Below are positions 63,626-64,000 of a stretch of DNA of 64,000 nucleotides, one piece after another (positions within the stretch are counted from its first letter, which is position 1; each line of letters starts with the position of its first letter). Source of the DNA: a virus (lineage: Duplodnaviria > Caudoviricetes); IMG/VR virus record IMGVR_UViG_3300021959_007005; one strand, given 5' to 3'. Both the position numbers and the translations under genes were made by a program. Under the pieces are notes generated by a model that was not told where the DNA came from, made no database searches, and saw only the letters and a list, made by a program, of their open reading frames with translations.

Positions 63626-64000
63626 ATGAAAGACATTTGGGTAGAAAAGTATCGCCCCGATACAGTTGAAGATTATGTATTTAAAGATAATGCACAAAAA
63701 AATCAAGTAAAGAGCTGGATTGCAGATGGGGGAATACCACATCTATTGTTTAGTGGCAGTGCTGGCACAGGTAAAACAACATTAGCAAAAGTGCTTATTA
63801 ATGACTTGGACGTACAGCCTGCTGATGTGCTTGTTATTAACGCAAGTCGCACAAATAGTGTTGATGATGTTAGAGAATCGATTATCAATTTTATACAAAC
63901 CATGCCTTGGGGTGACTTTAAGGTTGTGTTGCTTGATGAAGCTGATTATCTGTCACACCAAGCACAGGCAGCATTACGTGGAGTAATGGAAGAATACCAT
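63626..64000 (+). CDS. clamp-loader small subunit (RFC/T4 gp44-like), runs off window end
   Basis: own translation: WVEKYRP, PHLLFSGSAGTGKTT, INAS, KVVLLDEAD, QAALR..MEEY. Confidence 0.92.
   Translation, partial: MKDIWVEKYRPDTVEDYVFKDNAQKNQVKSWIADGGIPHLLFSGSAGTGKTTLAKVLINDLDVQPADVLVINASRTNSVDDVRESIINFIQTMPWGDFKVVLLDEADYLSHQAQAALRGVMEEYH

Noticed and set aside
1-64000. Alternative genetic code or host-chromosome contamination
   Set aside because: Conserved genes are full length under code 11 with all three stops used; metabolic genes share coupling, promoter motifs and AT-rich codon style with phage core genes (read mapping would be the formal test).

Overview
AT-rich, densely coding 64 kb segment of a large lytic tailed phage (T4-related jumbo-phage organisation), almost entirely + strand. 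It contains a replication set (UvsW-like helicase, primase, DnaB/gp41-like helicase, clamp-loader subunits, and a family C DNA polymerase split into two small genes about 54 kb apart), a late virion/head-cargo block (about 12-28 kb) with NrdAB, and a long accessory block: IF3, bS21, Hsp20, ClpS, GroES, GuaC, QueD x2, PyrF, Prs, PurS, GAPDH, class I aldolase, PEPCK, ferredoxin, IscA, pseudoazurin, porin and a PiT-like transporter. The alphaproteobacterial-type two-piece tmRNA, its tag (ANANRAPEMALAA), pseudoazurin, DUF1127 and a cytochrome aa3 subunit IV-like ORF point to an alphaproteobacterial host, probably Rhodobacterales (inference). The strongest unexpected signals are RNA-level: (1) a circularly permuted tmRNA whose intervening segment carries a complete 62-codon gene clamped by a 13-bp helix that covers the gene's RBS; (2) a promoter-driven, about 330-nt structured non-coding region after rpsU with faint RNase P-like features; (3) pseudoknotted leaders in front of a DUF1127 small-protein array and of queD; (4) systematic promoter-to-ATG spacing that implies leaderless mRNAs. 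No tRNA, CRISPR array, intein or intron was seen. All family calls come from motif recognition by eye, not from database searches.
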